This document shows, one piece after another, positions 63,662-64,000 of a stretch of 64,000 nt of DNA. The position numbers were made by a program, and so were the translations under genes. Origin of the DNA: Felis catus (Eukaryota); assembly GCF_018350175.1 (NCBI RefSeq), contig NC_058368.1, forward strand, positions 94,862,001-94,926,000, written 5' to 3'. The notes below the pieces were generated by a model. That model did no database searches, was not told the DNA's origin, and saw nothing but the letters and a program-made list of their open reading frames with translations. Within the stretch, counting starts at the first letter, position 1, and every line of letters starts with the position of its first letter.

Positions 63662-63855
63662 AGTTTATTTACTTATTTTGCAGAGAGACACAGAGAGAGA
63701 GGGAGTAGGGTAGGGGCAGAGAGAGAGGGAGAAAGAGAATCCCAAGCAGGGTCCCACGCTGTCAGCACAGAGCCCGATGAGGGGCTCAAACTCACGGGTT
63801 GTGAGACCGTGACCTGAGCCCAAACCGCTTAACCAACTGAGCCACCCAGACACCC
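63444..63855 (-). mobile_element. CanSINE whose tail has expanded into a ~220 bp (CTTT)n array
   Basis: (CTTT)n at 63444-63661; TSD agcagtggttt at 63433-63443 and 63859-63869. Confidence 0.9.
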
Positions 63856-63859
63856 TAGA

Positions 63860-64000
63860 GCAGTGGTTTCCAAAGTGTGGTCCCTCATCAACCACATCCA
63901 TGCCACCTGGGGTCTCGTTGCAGTGTGGATTCGGATCCAATCTATGGCACTGGGGAGGGGCCCGAGTTTCTGCATTCTATAGTAAGCTCCCATGGGATGC
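63860..64000. mobile_element. MER5A-like hAT-Charlie fragment
   Basis: cagtggtttccaaagtgtggtccc...cacctggg...tctgcatt...aagctccc. Confidence 0.65.

Noticed and set aside
63297..63817. F/L/S-rich ORFs resembling membrane proteins
   Set aside because: Translation of the (CTTT)n array and the SINE.
392..63855. tRNA-like A/B boxes recurring through the window
   Set aside because: Heads of tRNA-derived SINEs; no complete cloverleaf tRNA gene seen.
1..64000. CRISPR array, operon or other prokaryotic-type system
   Set aside because: The sequence is mammalian, and no regularly spaced repeat-spacer structure is present.

Overview
Mammalian nuclear DNA, almost certainly from a felid, because it is dense in tRNA-derived carnivore SINEs of the SINEC_Fc type. 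It looks intergenic or intronic, and I cannot support any intact protein-coding gene. Nearly all ORFs in the track are chance ORFs in SINEs, L1/L2, simple repeats or GC-rich non-coding DNA. The one gene-derived feature I recognise is an old, frameshifted, intronless YBX1 processed pseudogene on the minus strand (~50.4-52.1 kb), with 5'UTR remnant, cold-shock domain, C-terminal tail, 3'UTR and poly(A) remnant. The rest comprises about 45 SINEs, L1/L2/MIR fragments, a carnivore solo LTR with target-site duplication, MaLR/ERVL remnants, two related TA-flanked Tc1/mariner-type non-autonomous DNA elements, microsatellites and candidate regulatory sites. The most interesting inferred signals are: a sharp CpG-retention patch with promoter motifs inside an ancient L1; a possible unannotated minus-strand spliced transcript starting near 13.4 kb; an isolated NRF1+STAT motif cluster; a palindromic CTCF-like site; and several templated-insertion or fold-back repair scars. 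I see no evidence of a novel multi-gene system. Repeat family names come from recall of consensus sequences and boundaries are approximate.
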